A stretch of DNA of 64,000 nt from Octopus bimaculoides (Eukaryota). The notes under the pieces were generated by a model, which saw only the letters and a program-made list of their open reading frames with translations, was not told where the DNA came from and ran no database searches. The position numbers and the translations under genes were made by a program. Where the stretch lies: positions 22,698,152-22,762,151 of the forward strand of contig NC_068986.1 in assembly GCF_001194135.2 (NCBI RefSeq). The letters run 5' to 3'. The first letter of the stretch is position 1. Every line of letters starts with the position of its first letter. Shown here one piece after another: positions 26,861-40,047 of the stretch.

Positions 26861-29352
26861 CATCAGACATTGGGTGGGTTTGCTTCTTTCAAGTTCTGTA
26901 TCCAGTTTAGCACAGTAGCTTCTATTCACACTCACTTTTTTGTTACTAATTCCATTTTCTTATTTTTTTTTTATTTTATCAGTTTGTGTAAAAAAAAAAA
27001 AAAAAATACAACAAAAAATGTTTTAATCAGGAAAAAGGGAAAAGTTAAAAAAAACAACAAAAGCATTTGTAGTATTTTGTGTGCCTAGCTTCAAAAGATT
27101 CCATACAGAGTATACACAGAAGATCTTTACAAATGAACACCCTTGCCTTTTGGCTCGCTCAGTTTGAGTTTCACTAGTTAGAGTTGGTTAACGATGTAAT
27201 GATACTAATTTCTTAACGGTTTGTGTCATTGTGGAGATGGTGCTTCTGTCAGGTCTTTCACCTTAGTCATTTTATTTTGATACATACATACATACATGCA
27301 TGCATGCATGCACAATTGAAAATGAGTAAAAGGATTGTGGATATGCGTAGTAGAGTTTATTTGTTTGAAGCTAATAATTCCCTTCTGTTGTTCATTTGTT
27401 CAGGTGACAAGATGAACAAATGAAAAATTGAATCATCAACTTCGAATGAACACATATATATTCCTTTTGTGGTTTCAGCCATTAGATTGTAGCCATACTG
27501 TAGCACTTCTTCTAGTGTATTACACTGATTATCCCCACCCTCCACAATATTTATTTTCTTGACCTCAAGAATGACAGGCAAAGTGGAGGCCTAGCTAGGA
27601 TTTGAAGTCAGACTGTAGAAGGGAGGTAATGAAATGTCATGGATTTTTTGGTTGTCTTTCTTCTGTGTTTGTACCAGTTTGGAGTTACAGAGAATGGTTA
27701 AAGCTTTGGTAATAATATTAGATATATATCTAACCATTTTATATACACTTCTTCAAAACTTTTCTTCACACTACACTCACTTCTGAATTATACCAAGAAA
27801 TTGTACCCTAATTTCTCTCTAGTATTTACTTAAAATATATCAGAATTTTCCATTAACTTCAGTACTTTATTTTGTGTTGGTTAAAGAATTATAACACTGT
27901 TCATTAGTTTCCCTATACCCATTAAAGCCCCTATTTTGAGTGGGGACGGGGGCACACACACACACACACACACACACACGACAAAGATATATGGCATTTT
28001 TTTTTTTTTTTCGTAAAGAAATAATAATTTATTGTTGATCTTATTGTTGTATGTTTCCGGAGCACCAGTTCAAACTGTTTGGTCATGTTGATTGATTTTC
28101 TGAGTTAGATCTTGCTTTCTGTGTTCTCTTCTCCGAGGACCTGACTGGGTTGGTGGCTCATGTTGGTCAACTGCACGCCATACAATCATGGCAGATGAGG
28201 AGGTGTCTTGCAGAGATGAGGACTGACTGGGACTCTGCTTGACAACTTGCCTGGGAGGACCCAGGAATATAGCAACAGATGGTGAATGCAGCAATGTGCT
28301 GCTGTGGGTCATGTTCCCAACACCTGACCTGATCTTCGAGGATGGATGTTTTTTGTTTTTTTCCCCCCAGTAGAAAATACTGGTTTTGTTATCTTTGGTA
28401 ATGTTTTGGGGGTTGAATATTCTAAAGAGTTTTTCTCAGTTATTTAAAAGAGAACTTCTGAATTTTTTGATTCATTTGAAAATGTTTAAATTTGGCTAAA
28501 TTTATGAAGATGAAATTTTTCTTTCTTTCTTTCTTCAGACTTCCTAACTTCTGTTTGGGTGCACATAAACCCTTTTACTCATAATAAACGACCTTCTTAT
28601 CAAGTCTTTCTCTCTCATACACCTTACACACATAATTACACATTAATATTCCTCGTAATACAGTCTATAATTTAAATTATTATTTAATTCAAGAATGTTA
28701 ATTGTGTAATACATCAGCAAATATTTTATGGTATCTGAATTGTTTTATATTTAGTACTTTGTTAGGGTAAGTGTTTTAACATTGGCTACATTTTGTAATT
28801 TAGTTAATTAAAATTGTTGTCATTCAGGTTTTGATTAAAAAAACTAAACATTAGCCTAAACTTAAATGCTTGTTAGTTTTCTCTATACTACTACTATTAC
28901 TATTACAACTACTACGACTGCCTGTCATAAGTATCCAATACAACACTATTGTCTTCTATATTATATCTGTCTATTAGCTCTCATCAGTACTCAAAAGTTG
29001 TCAGACCAGCAATTTTACTGTCAAAATGACTGAAATGCCTTGGGAATCTGGGCTCTCGTTTTTCAATTGTTATTGGTTATAATGAAACTGGTTGCTCTAT
29101 GATGACTTCCCAACTGCGGCAGTGTTGTTTTACTTAGTTGACCCGCTGATCAGCTCACATGGCTATTTTTGTTGGTTGGTGATCAGTGCCAACTAAGTAT
29201 AGGATCCTGTATCTCTACTCCATATTGTTATTGCCAAAAACTATGCACACAAATTATTTGGATGCAAATTTCTTCCATAAAAATCATACCGATTTCTTGA
29301 TTTTTATTAAGATACTAAATATTTCATTTTTGATCTTATGTATTCTTTATTG

Positions 29353-29393
<41 letters not shown>

Positions 29394-30545
29394 TAACTAT
29401 GGATTTATATTAAATTGATTAAGTACTTTTTAAAATTGATTTTTTNNNNNNNNNNATTGTTACCCTTCCCTTTCTCACATATGACCTGCTCTTTATCGAA
29501 AATAATGGAAAAAGAAAAAAAAAGCATATTCAGAATAATAATGCAGAATATTTTGAGACTTCACACATGCAGTTGCATCTCTTGTGTAATAAAATTTTTA
29601 AATGAACAGATATCAATTTGTACAGTCCTATTATTTACCTGGTTTCTTGTCTAACATTATATCCGTGAATGTTTTATTATGTTATTTTTTTTTTGTTAAT
29701 GTTTTATATATTTATGTATTTCAGTTTTTAAACCATTAATTTTGCTTAATGATAATTGAAAACTAATTTGTGTGTATGCCACCACACCTCTCTCATACAC
29801 TGGTTAAAGAACAACAGCAATATCAGATAAATTATTTTCGTTTATAGGTTGAATTGCTCTTTGATGTTAAGTCAGGATGAAGAAAGAATGCGATGAAACA
29901 TGAAAATTTTTTAATTTGTGAAATCTCATCCTCTATGCTAGAAATTCACTCCAGCTGGTGAAATATTTTGATCATTACTGTAGCACTAATAAAACTGCCC
30001 TATATCCATAAGACTAACCATATTTTCTTTATATATGAGCATGCATATATATATATATATATATATATATANNNNNNNNNNNNNNNNNNNNNNNNNNNNN
30101 NNNNNNNNNNNNNNNNNNNNNNNNNNNNNNNNNNNNNNNNNNNNNNNNNNNNNNNNNNNNNNNNNNNNNNNNNNNNNNNNNNNNNNNNNNNNNNNNNNNN
30201 NNNNNNNNNNNNNNNNNNNNNNNNNNNNNNNNATATATATAATGAGCCTGGTGTCGCCTCTTGGTCCACCAGGCCTCAGTCAAATTGTCCCACCCATGCT
30301 AGCATGGAAAGCGGACATTAAACGACGACGACGATGATGATAAAAATATACATAATTTGTGTGTGTCTGTATATATACACATATCACATGTATTATATTT
30401 ATACTTACACATGCATAAATATACACATGCAAACTATACAAATGTATACACACAAAATGTTTACATATATGTGTATGTGTGTGAGTCTATAAGTATTTGT
30501 ATGTGTGTGTGAATGTATATGTATGTATGTACATATATATATATG

Positions 30546-30588
<43 letters not shown>

Positions 30589-31476
30589 ACAATGTGAATT
30601 TAATGTGACCTCTAATTGTAGTTAAAATTTAGTAATATATTCAATCTTGCATAATGCAACTCTAAGTTCGGTTGGTTACTTATATTGTAAATGCTGTCAT
30701 ATATTATTTATTATTTTACATCCATACTTTCATTGTCAGGATGTAAAACTGAAGATAATGTAAGTTTCACACCTTAATCTTTTGAAATTAATAATTTTAA
30801 ACAATGGAGTGTGAATTGAGCGCATGCTGGCAGTGTGCTAAATGAATTAATAATTGCCATTAATGTATTCACTATGCGTACAGCGTTCCATAGCTGCAGG
30901 CAACAAAGTAAATACATTCATCATTAAATATTTTGGGGATTGTTCCCTTCAGTGTCTTTGTTTGCAATTATTATTATTATTATTATTATTATTATTGTAC
31001 ATTTGAATACAATCATACCCTCCAATTTTAACTCTGGGATTTCATATTGAATTTCCCATTTTACACACAAACACACACATCAACATGATTGTAATTTTAA
31101 TGTCCAATTTTCTAAAGCTTGCATGAACAGGTTTTTGTCCAGTGCCATTTGTTTTGGGGCTGGGTACTTATTACCAGCCACTTTACACTATGGGTTGAGT
31201 GTATTTTATTGTGCCACCTGCACCAGAGCAGCTCACTCACTGTCAAGACTAAAGTGTCCTGCTTTTTCTAGATGAGCTGCCTTTTCTGAGGCTAGGTGAG
31301 TTGGTGACTCTTCTGCATGGTTAGGACAGAGCCATTTTTGTTAATTGTTGGAATTATTTAGGTTACCCAAATTCTGAAAAAAGTTGCCTTCATTGCAGCC
31401 TGAAGCCATGTACATCCTTGTGTGAGTGTGTGTATAATGCTTTCGTCCGTGTATGTGTGTGCAAGTATACATATAC

Positions 31477-31520
<44 letters not shown>

Positions 31521-34014
31521 AATATATAAAATCTTTCTTTCCATTCTGTGCTCCTCTGGCTCTACTGTGCATTAATTTGTGCTTGGATGGTTGTAGAGGC
31601 AACATATCAGTTTTTCTATGAGAAGGGGTTGCTAGTCCCTTACCCAACCATTCAACATTTCTGGAAAAAAGGGTCACTGCTTATGGTGCCTCCTTCCCAA
31701 GACGCTTATTCTAGTGCAATGTACCCCATTCTAAGAAATTGTGGAAGAAAGGGAGAGAAATAGATAGAGAGGAGTCAGGTTTTCGATATTGATAAAGTAT
31801 CTGATTGGTACTTTATTACTCTTTGAAGGACGAAGGACAAAGTTGTCCTAGGCAGGATTTGAACCTCGGAGCACAGAAAGCTGGAGCAAATNNNNNNNNN
31901 NNNNNNNNNNNNNNNNNNNNNNNNNNNNNNNNNNNNNNNNNNNNNNNNNNNNNNNNNNNNNNNNNNNNNNNNNNNNNNNNNNNNNNNNNNNTACACACAC
32001 CCTGTTCATTTATTATCTACTGTATATATTTTAACACTAGTTCTAGATGGATATTTCAGCCAAATACTGCTTCAACTAAGCATAAATTCTGTTCTTGATG
32101 GGCAAAATAACTTGTTCCCCATGGGTTTCTTTTGCCTTTATCTAATTTCTAATAAAGAACTACTAATAACGAACTCTTGACTATGTTAATTCGATTAAGA
32201 TCTATATACATTGTTTACTTTTTCATGTTTGTTAAATTTAATAATTGTTATCATTCACATCATCATCAACAACATTATCAGCCATCATTTTTTTTTTGCG
32301 TGTCTTTTCATGTCTGTTAATATTTGAAACAGGAATAAAAAGAAAATTAAAGGGAAACAACTGGTGTGTTTTGCTATCTCAAAGACTAAATCGTTATTTC
32401 ACCAGTTATAGGAAAAACAATGCATCAACAGGAAAACCATTACGAGGTTGTTCGACCTGCAAGAAATAGCAGCCAATAATGTATAAGAACACATTAGATA
32501 ATCAAGTCCTAGATATGTAATGCTGAAAGGGACAGGCATCATGGTTATGGCACAAATTCTTTTGCATATATGTCTGCTTAGTTCAAGCTGTCTTGAAGTT
32601 TTAAACAACAAAGCTCATATTTTCAGGAGAACATCATTAATGTAGGATACGTCTTGGCGGCACATATGGGGAGCCCTATGGCACACTTAGGAGGGTGGCA
32701 CATAAGGAATTTCCAGCCCCTTATTCTTTCTTGATATATACCTACCGTTTATCGGATCACTTAAAAGGATCCTGTCATTTGACTGCACCCATGTTAGGAC
32801 ACTACTTCTGGAGTTTTAGATGCATGTATCAACTTTAATACTTACTAATGTCTATATAATAAGAGACAAAACAAACTTGGTTCCAAGGTCAAGGGAGATA
32901 ACTTGAAAAATACATCCCTAAACTACCTACAGAGTAGAGCAATGCCTTGTCAGAGAGAATGCCTTGCAGTATTTGCTCCAGCTTTCTGTGCTCCGAGGTT
33001 CAAATCCTGCCTAGGACAACCCTTGAACCATGCAGTAGTAAAATGAACTTCACCATAAAACCAACTGCATGAAAATAAAATAAAAACAAAAAAGAATATA
33101 ACAAAGAATAATGCTTTAATTGATTAAATAATTTATATATATATAACCAAATTTATTTGATGTATTACAAAAGTTGAGAAGAAAGTCGTTGATGTATCGA
33201 TACATGATTATGCATGGTGGTTACATTTGGCTGAGCAACTAACAAAGTTTAGTTGTTTAAGGTCAGTTCAACTTGTAAAGAACATAGGTGCTGGATTATA
33301 CTGGGACAGTTATTTGATTACATTTCTGGGAGTGCTACAGATTTGCGAAATTTAGCATTACCATCCTGTCTTTAACTGTTATTGAATGTTACAGGAATCT
33401 GTAGAAGGTCAAAGTGTATAACAGTCACACTGTTGTGATTATAACAACCAAGTCGCTAGTTCGTATATATCATTGTATAATAACGATAATTTGACATAAA
33501 AAAAACATCCAGACAAAAGATGTATGTATGTGTATATGTATGTATGTATGTGTATATGTATGTATGTATGTATGTGTATATGTATGTATGTTCTGAGGGT
33601 AAAGAGGAGACAACTTTGAGTAACTGGGAATAAATTCTCAATCGTTTACACTTATCATGGCAGGGAAAAGACACTCTGATTTTTGTATCGTTGTTTGAAG
33701 CCATGGACAATCACAGGTGCATTGTTTCATTCCCACCAGCATACCCTAGTCTTAGTTTGTATCTAGATCAGGTTTATACATTCTTCCATATACAAAAAAG
33801 GCTTTCGTACATTTTTGGCCAAGGTAATTTGCGTAATTTAAAACTAAAATTATATTTGTGTATGTATATAAATACATGCATGTTCACTAATCCATTTGTT
33901 TCATATTTGTTTTACCATGCTAGCATGGGTTCGATGGGGTCCTATTTGAGGCAAGATTATATGTTCAGACTCCTTTACTATCGAAAGTCTATGTTTTATG
34001 AGTAAAAGAAATTC

Positions 34015-34020
34015 TTTATT
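34015..34020 (-). promoter_or_regulatory. Candidate polyadenylation signal (AATAAA) of PHLPP
   Basis: tttatt on the + strand about 440 nt past the stop; another lies at 33152-33157. Confidence 0.3.
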
Positions 34021-34461
34021 TCAGTTTTATGAAAGCACAGAGTGACCAGATATGATGTACAAAAACAGTGGTAAGTGCAGCCATGGAATGTCGACAATGT
34101 CTGTGCCTGTGTGTTCACCCACACATATGAAGTTAATATTCTTATATTTTGGGAAGGCTATACTGATTACAGGAAAGCTTACAAAAATAATCACCAAAAC
34201 CTGCAGTTAATCATATCTGGTGATTATATTTACAAGCCCTACTGTAACCAGTATGACTCTTCTAATATATATACTCACTTTAGACAGGGTTTTGTAATTT
34301 TCTTTATCACCCCTATAGTTATATATTTGAAACAATAAGGAATGTATTGAATTGAAGTGTTGGTTGATATTTCTTTTTAACCTACCAGCAGTCTCAACAT
34401 CTGTTGCATATTTGGTATACAGCAGTCTGTATAGTAGAGCGTAAACATGGTTGACATTTTA

Positions 34462-36018
34462 TCAAAGGTAAGATATGATAATGCTGCCAGTGTAATCTCC
34501 ATCATTGTCTCTACTGTCTGTAGAATTACTTTCATTGTTGCTAGAATTAGAATGTAATTCTGAGCTTGTGCTAGATGATTTTACATGAATTATTGTAAGG
34601 TTTGTTTCTGGATCTGATGATGTACTTATAGAATTACATTCCTCATTGCTAGAGTTTGACTGTGTCTCTGAACTTGTCTTGCTAAATGGCTTTATGTAAC
34701 TTATTGAATGTGATGTTCCAGGATTTGATGACGTACTTTTAGAATTACTTTCATCATTGCTAGAGTTTGACTGTGTCTCTGAACTTGTCTTGCTAGATGG
34801 TTTTATATAATTTACTGGATGTGATGTTCCAGGATTTGCTGCTGTCCTTGTACTTGGTGTTGGATCAGTTTTTGGCTGCTCTTTTTCATTTATATGGTAC
34901 TTGCTTTTGCTGACTTTCTTTCTGAAGACAGAGTTTTGCTTGGGTTTAGAATTATCTCTGACTATTGGTTGAGTAATTTTAGGCATGTCTCTCACTAGCA
35001 CCTCAATACTCTGTGAAGGAATATTGGGTGGAAACATATTTTCAAGGGAGCTATACATTGGCACAGACTGCACAGAACTCAAGCTCCCACTCTTTCCACT
35101 ATTGAAACGTGCCATTTGCATCTTGTAAAATAAAATAGCATCACGGTCAATTCCAGGTGGAATGTCGTACAGACAATCTTCCCTTAATTCTGTAGACGTT
35201 TCACTTTGGTCAGTGGATGTCTTTGTATCAGATTCAGTCTCTACTTGATCTGCATTTTTTTTAATGTTTTTAACAACTGTTGACCTACTATTTCCAGATG
35301 TTGGTTCAGTTTCTCTATCTTTGCTCGCTATCTCTTCCTTTGCTGCCTTTTCTAGTTTTTTTAGCTCGGCATAAACTTCTTTGCTTTTCACCTCTTTGGC
35401 AAGTTTTCTCTGTAAAAGTTCTTCCCATTCATAAATGCTCGTTGTTTCACTGCCAATTTGAGATGCAAGATGAGAGTTCAATGAAATCTCGTTTTCAGTA
35501 TCTTTTGAGTCAGTCTTTTTTTTCTTTCTCTCCAATGTTGAATTTTTACTTTCATCTGATTCTTCACTTTCTGCAATGGAACACAAGGCACTAGAATTGT
35601 TGCTAGGAAGTGCATCTCTTAGTGTTTTGTTATGCCACAACTTTGGTGTGAGCTCCCCAACGTTGTTGTTATATAACTGTGGGAAGTTAAATACCTGTGA
35701 TGGAGTTGGACTAAATGGAGAAATCTGTAATGGTTTTAAGTTTATAACAACAACGCACAGGTTCTCTGTGGCACCGTATCCTTGAGCAAGATCTTGTAAT
35801 ACTTTGGCACTTACTACTGGATCTTGGAATGGAGAGATCTGGCTGACAGCTTCCTCAATGCTGATGTATTTCCACAATTCTTGATTAGCTATTATGACGA
35901 ACTGGTCGTCATGTTGGAGTTTTATACTGCGAATGTGTGGCTTTGGAATGAGTTGAGGGTAGAGATAACTGCAACCAATCAGTCGTGTACAAGGTGTGAT
36001 TCCATTGACCAGGCCATC
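34462..36018 (-). CDS. PHLPP: PHLPP terminal exon: end of PP2C-like domain plus Ser/Thr/Asn-rich tail ending ...IIISYL*
   Basis: cttctag|GAT GGC (DGLVNGITPCTRLIG...); 1557 nt open frame to TGA at 34462-34464. Confidence 0.95.
   Translation of the reverse strand, partial: DGLVNGITPCTRLIGCSYLYPQLIPKPHIRSIKLQHDDQFVIIANQELWKYISIEEAVSQISPFQDPVVSAKVLQDLAQGYGATENLCVVVINLKPLQISPFSPTPSQVFNFPQLYNNNVGELTPKLWHNKTLRDALPSNNSSALCSIAESEESDESKNSTLERKKKKTDSKDTENEISLNSHLASQIGSETTSIYEWEELLQRKLAKEVKSKEVYAELKKLEKAAKEEIASKDRETEPTSGNSRSTVVKNIKKNADQVETESDTKTSTDQSETSTELREDCLYDIPPGIDRDAILFYKMQMARFNSGKSGSLSSVQSVPMYSSLENMFPPNIPSQSIEVLVRDMPKITQPIVRDNSKPKQNSVFRKKVSKSKYHINEKEQPKTDPTPSTRTAANPGTSHPVNYIKPSSKTSSETQSNSSNDESNSKSTSSNPGTSHSISYIKPFSKTSSETQSNSSNEECNSISTSSDPETNLTIIHVKSSSTSSELHSNSSNNESNSTDSRDNDGDYTGSIIISYL
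34513..34833 (-). repeat. Coding tandem repeat in the PHLPP tail, about 3 x 111 bp (37 aa)
   Basis: Units start at codons 34833, 34722 and 34611 (PGTSHPVNYIKPSSKTSSETQSNSSNDESN...). Confidence 0.9.
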
Positions 36019-36129
36019 CTAGAAGGTTAGAAAATAATGTTTATGTTTAGAGAATAATCAGATATGAAATAGTTTGTGAGAGAAGACATATGGAGTAATG
36101 GAAAAAATGTAGAAGAGAGAGAGAGAGGC

Positions 36130-36250
36130 AAACAAATAGAAAGATTAGCTAGGTAGGTAGATAGATAGTTAGCTAGATAGATAGATAAATTGATAGATAG
36201 ATAGATAGATAGGTAGATAGATAGATAGACAGACAGACAGAAAAACAGAG
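36130..36250. repeat. (TAGA/CAGA)n microsatellite
   Basis: Direct inspection. Confidence 0.9.
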
Positions 36251-38206
36251 AGAGACTGAGTGACAAAATAAACGATGTTTGATATTTCTATTTTCTACAT
36301 CACATTCCTATCAATTTTTATTCAAAAATAAAGCTTTCAAGGAATGCTTCATTGTTCTAATTAGCTGAACGCTGGGGTTGATGTGTAGTAGCATGGACTA
36401 TCTTGGAAGACAACAAATGGGCTACTACAGAAAATATTGGTTTCAAATTTTGGCACAATGTCAGCAATTTCAGAGAAAAGGGTAAGTCGATTACTTTGCC
36501 CCCAGTGCTCAAGTAGTACTTATTTTATGGGCCCTGAAAGGATGAAAGGCAATGTTGGCTTTGACGGAATTTGAACTCAGAACGTAAAGGCAGATAAAAT
36601 ACTAAGTATTTTGCCTGGCATGCTAACGATCCTGCCAGCTTGCCACACTAGCTACAGGAAACATTGCACCCTCTTTTTTATTTTAAATCTTAGTCAGGAG
36701 AGAAGTGCAGTGCTTATGACCCTTTATAGGGCTTCCAAATCTGGTAGGAATGAATGGAGGAGGAAAGTATCCTCAAAGTTGAGATCTGGTCTGAATATTT
36801 GTGACAGTATGGACTCCATTAAATGCACCCAAGGAACAAGTAGTGGTGTTAAACTGTTAAATAATTTCATATTCATTTGCTTGTCACTGTCCTCATTGAT
36901 AGGAACCTTTAACCTTCAAATAGATAATTTTGATAAATACTTCAGCAAATAAATCTATCAACTAAACTAGGTCTGCCATGATTTTTCTCAGTTTCTATAA
37001 ACAAATGAGAAACAAAAAAAGACAAATCACCATGAAGGGTTTTGTATGTTTTCTTTGTAATGGGTTGAGATTATTACCCTTGTAGCCCATGGTGAGATTT
37101 GAGCTCTGAACATACTGTGCTGGGACAAATGGTACAGAGCAACCCTTCTGATGCTCAAACAAATTTGCTAGTCAATAAGCCGAGTCTAAAATTAATTTTT
37201 TTACTGTTGCACAAGTTAGTTGTTTGGGACAGACGCTGACCAGTTGTGCAAATTCAAACAACAACGTCCACCCAAGTCTAAAGTGCATCTGAAAACTAAA
37301 AGTAGAGTCAGTTGCTGTGAAGACGTTGAACTGTTAACAACGTACTTTCAAGCTCCTCATTCTGTCAGCCTCATCTAGAACATGGGAAATTATTGTTTTG
37401 CTTTCCCAGTCATTATGACTACCAGGCTAAGTTTCCTTTAGCAATTCTGAATCCTTGGGCCCAGTTCTTCACGTGACATTCACTTCTTTTAAATCAGTTA
37501 TGAGGTTTATTATATCGTTTTTATCTGGTTTGTTGAAATCGGTTTCTCCAGCAAGATTTGTATCTGCATTATGACATTTGTCTTACTTTGTATTGTGGAA
37601 TTGATATCAACTCCAATCTAGAGACCTTGTAAATTGTAGTAAGTGAAACTGAACTTATTCATGTCTTACAAATGTTATTCCTGCCAGACTGTACTTCGAA
37701 GCACTGCATCCTTCAAAACTTCCATGCTTCCTGAGATTCGCTAACACTACACCTGATTTTCTCCCATACACACGCAACCATGTATCTGACTCATACACTG
37801 TTCACTTTCCAGACATTTGTACAATACTGCATATGCTTTATACGCACTTTTGACAAGTTGAAGAGCACCTGAGCATTGTATAGAATAATTTCATTATTAT
37901 TATTTCTCCTGTAATTTATGTTTGTTCAGCATTGTTTGGAAACTGTAATAAAATTGTATTTCATTTGAACACAAATACAAATCATTTGCCTTCTGATATT
38001 TATCATTGCCTTTATGTAAAACAGCCATCTACATTTCTTGTTAAACTGTCTACATATACCTGCTAAAACTTTATCAACTCTGCGAGGATGAAAGGGAAAG
38101 ATGATCTTGGTGAAATTAGAACTCAGATTACAAGAAACTGGAATAAATACCACATTAATTTTGTCCATTGCTCCCCACCCCCCTCTATACCAATATATTT
38201 ACTTAC

Positions 38207-38444
38207 TTCTGTAACAATTCCATCAGATTTTTGAATTCTCATACACTCAGATCGGTCAGACTCAACTGCAAATTGGTGAGTTAGCCGCATTGCTTGACCA
38301 TTTCGACAAAGAACCACCTGTACCATACCAACATTGGCCACTGTCAAACAATACTGCGGGATTTTTTCATTAGATTCTGGTAATTTTTTTATATGACAGA
38401 TTGCAACTGAGGCACCAATTTTCTGTCCAACGGATTTAAGTTTC
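38207..38444 (-). CDS. PHLPP: PHLPP PP2C-like exon (KLKSVGQKIGAS...VANVGMVQVVLCRNG...DGIVTE)
   Basis: ttgtag|G ... GAA|gtaagt. Confidence 0.95.
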
Positions 38445-38843
38445 CTACAAAATAGATAATTCAAATTAATTTTATTTTATAAGATAATATAATGTTCAAA
38501 TAACACATTTCATTCATTGTCATCATTTTTAAGGTCTGTTTTTCCATACTTATACGGATTGGTTGAAGCAGATTTTCTCTGGCTGGATGCCTTTCCTGTT
38601 ACAAACATTCACCTGTTTCTAAGCAAGATAATATTTTCTCATGCTTAAATGGGCATTGGAAGGCTGGAAATGAAGGGTACTATTTAACTATCTTATGTCA
38701 AGGCAAGGAGACAGTAGCACACACTCACACACACATGCACACATACACACAGACATAGACACACACATGCAAATACACACATATATACATATCCACACAC
38801 ACATATATCATCATCATCATCATCATTGTTTAATGTCTATGCA

Positions 38844-38880
<37 letters not shown>

Positions 38881-40009
38881 ATATAGGATAAATTCTTTAT
38901 AAGAATTTATCAAGTAGTCAGCGTGAAAAAACCTCATAATGAAAAAATAACGAAAAATTTCATAATGAAAAGATTCATCGTTTCTTCATGGATATATTTA
39001 AATATATATAAAGGGCATTAACTGTGTATTNNNNNNNNNNNNNNNNNNNNNNNNNNNNNNNNNNNNNNNNNNNNNNNNNNNNNNNNNNNNNNNNNNNNNN
39101 NNNNNNNNNNNNNNNNNNNNNNNNNNNNNNNNNNNNNNNNNNNNNNNNNNNNNNNNNNNNNNNNNNNNNNNNNNNNNNNNNNNNNNNNNNNNNNNNNNNN
39201 NNNNNNNNNNNNNNNNNNNNNNNNNNNNNNNNNNNNNNNNNNNNNNNNNNNNNNNNNNNNNNNNNNNNNNNNNNNNNNNNNNNNNNNNNNNNNNNNNNNN
39301 NNNNNNNNNNNNNNNNNNNNNNNNNNNNNNNNNNNNNNNNNNNNNNNNNNNNNNNNNNNNNNNNNNNNNNNNNNNNNNNNNNNNNNNNNNNNNNNNNNNN
39401 NNNNNNNNNNNNNNNNNNNNNNNNNNNNNNNNNNNNNNNNNNNNNNNNNNNNNNNNNNNNNNNNNNNNNNNNNNNNNNNNNNNNNNNNNNNNNNNNNNNN
39501 NNNNNNNNNNNNNNNNNNNNNNNNNNNNNNNNNNNNNNNNNNNNNNNNNNNNNNNNNNNNNNNNNNNNNNNNNNNNNNNNNNNNNNNNNNNNNNNNNNNN
39601 NNNNNNNNNNNNNNNNNNNNNNNNNNNNNNNNNNNNNNNNNNNNNNNNNNNNNNNNNNNNNNNNNNNNNNNNNNNNNNNNNNNNNNNNNNNNNNNNNNNN
39701 NNNNNNNNNNNNNNNNNNNNNNNNNNNNNNNNNNNNNNNNNNNNNNNNNNNNNNNNNNNNNNNNNNNNNNNNNNNNNNCACACACACACACACACACAGA
39801 CACACATATACGACAGGCTTCTTTCAGTTTCCGTCTACCAAATCCACTCACAAGTCTTTGGGCCGGCCTGAGGCTACAGTAGAAGACGCTTGCCCAAGGT
39901 GTCACACAGTGGGACTGAACCTGGAACCATGTGGTTGGGAAGCAAGCTTCTTATCACACAGCCACGCCGGTGCCTGTATATCATCCTAGACCAGCCTTAA
40001 CTTAGCAGA

Positions 40010-40047
<38 letters not shown>

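Noticed and set aside
25690-27088. Long ORFs of 269-419 aa here, at 38975-39989 and around other gaps
   Set aside because: They consist mainly of X residues from N-gaps and are artefacts of the ORF caller.
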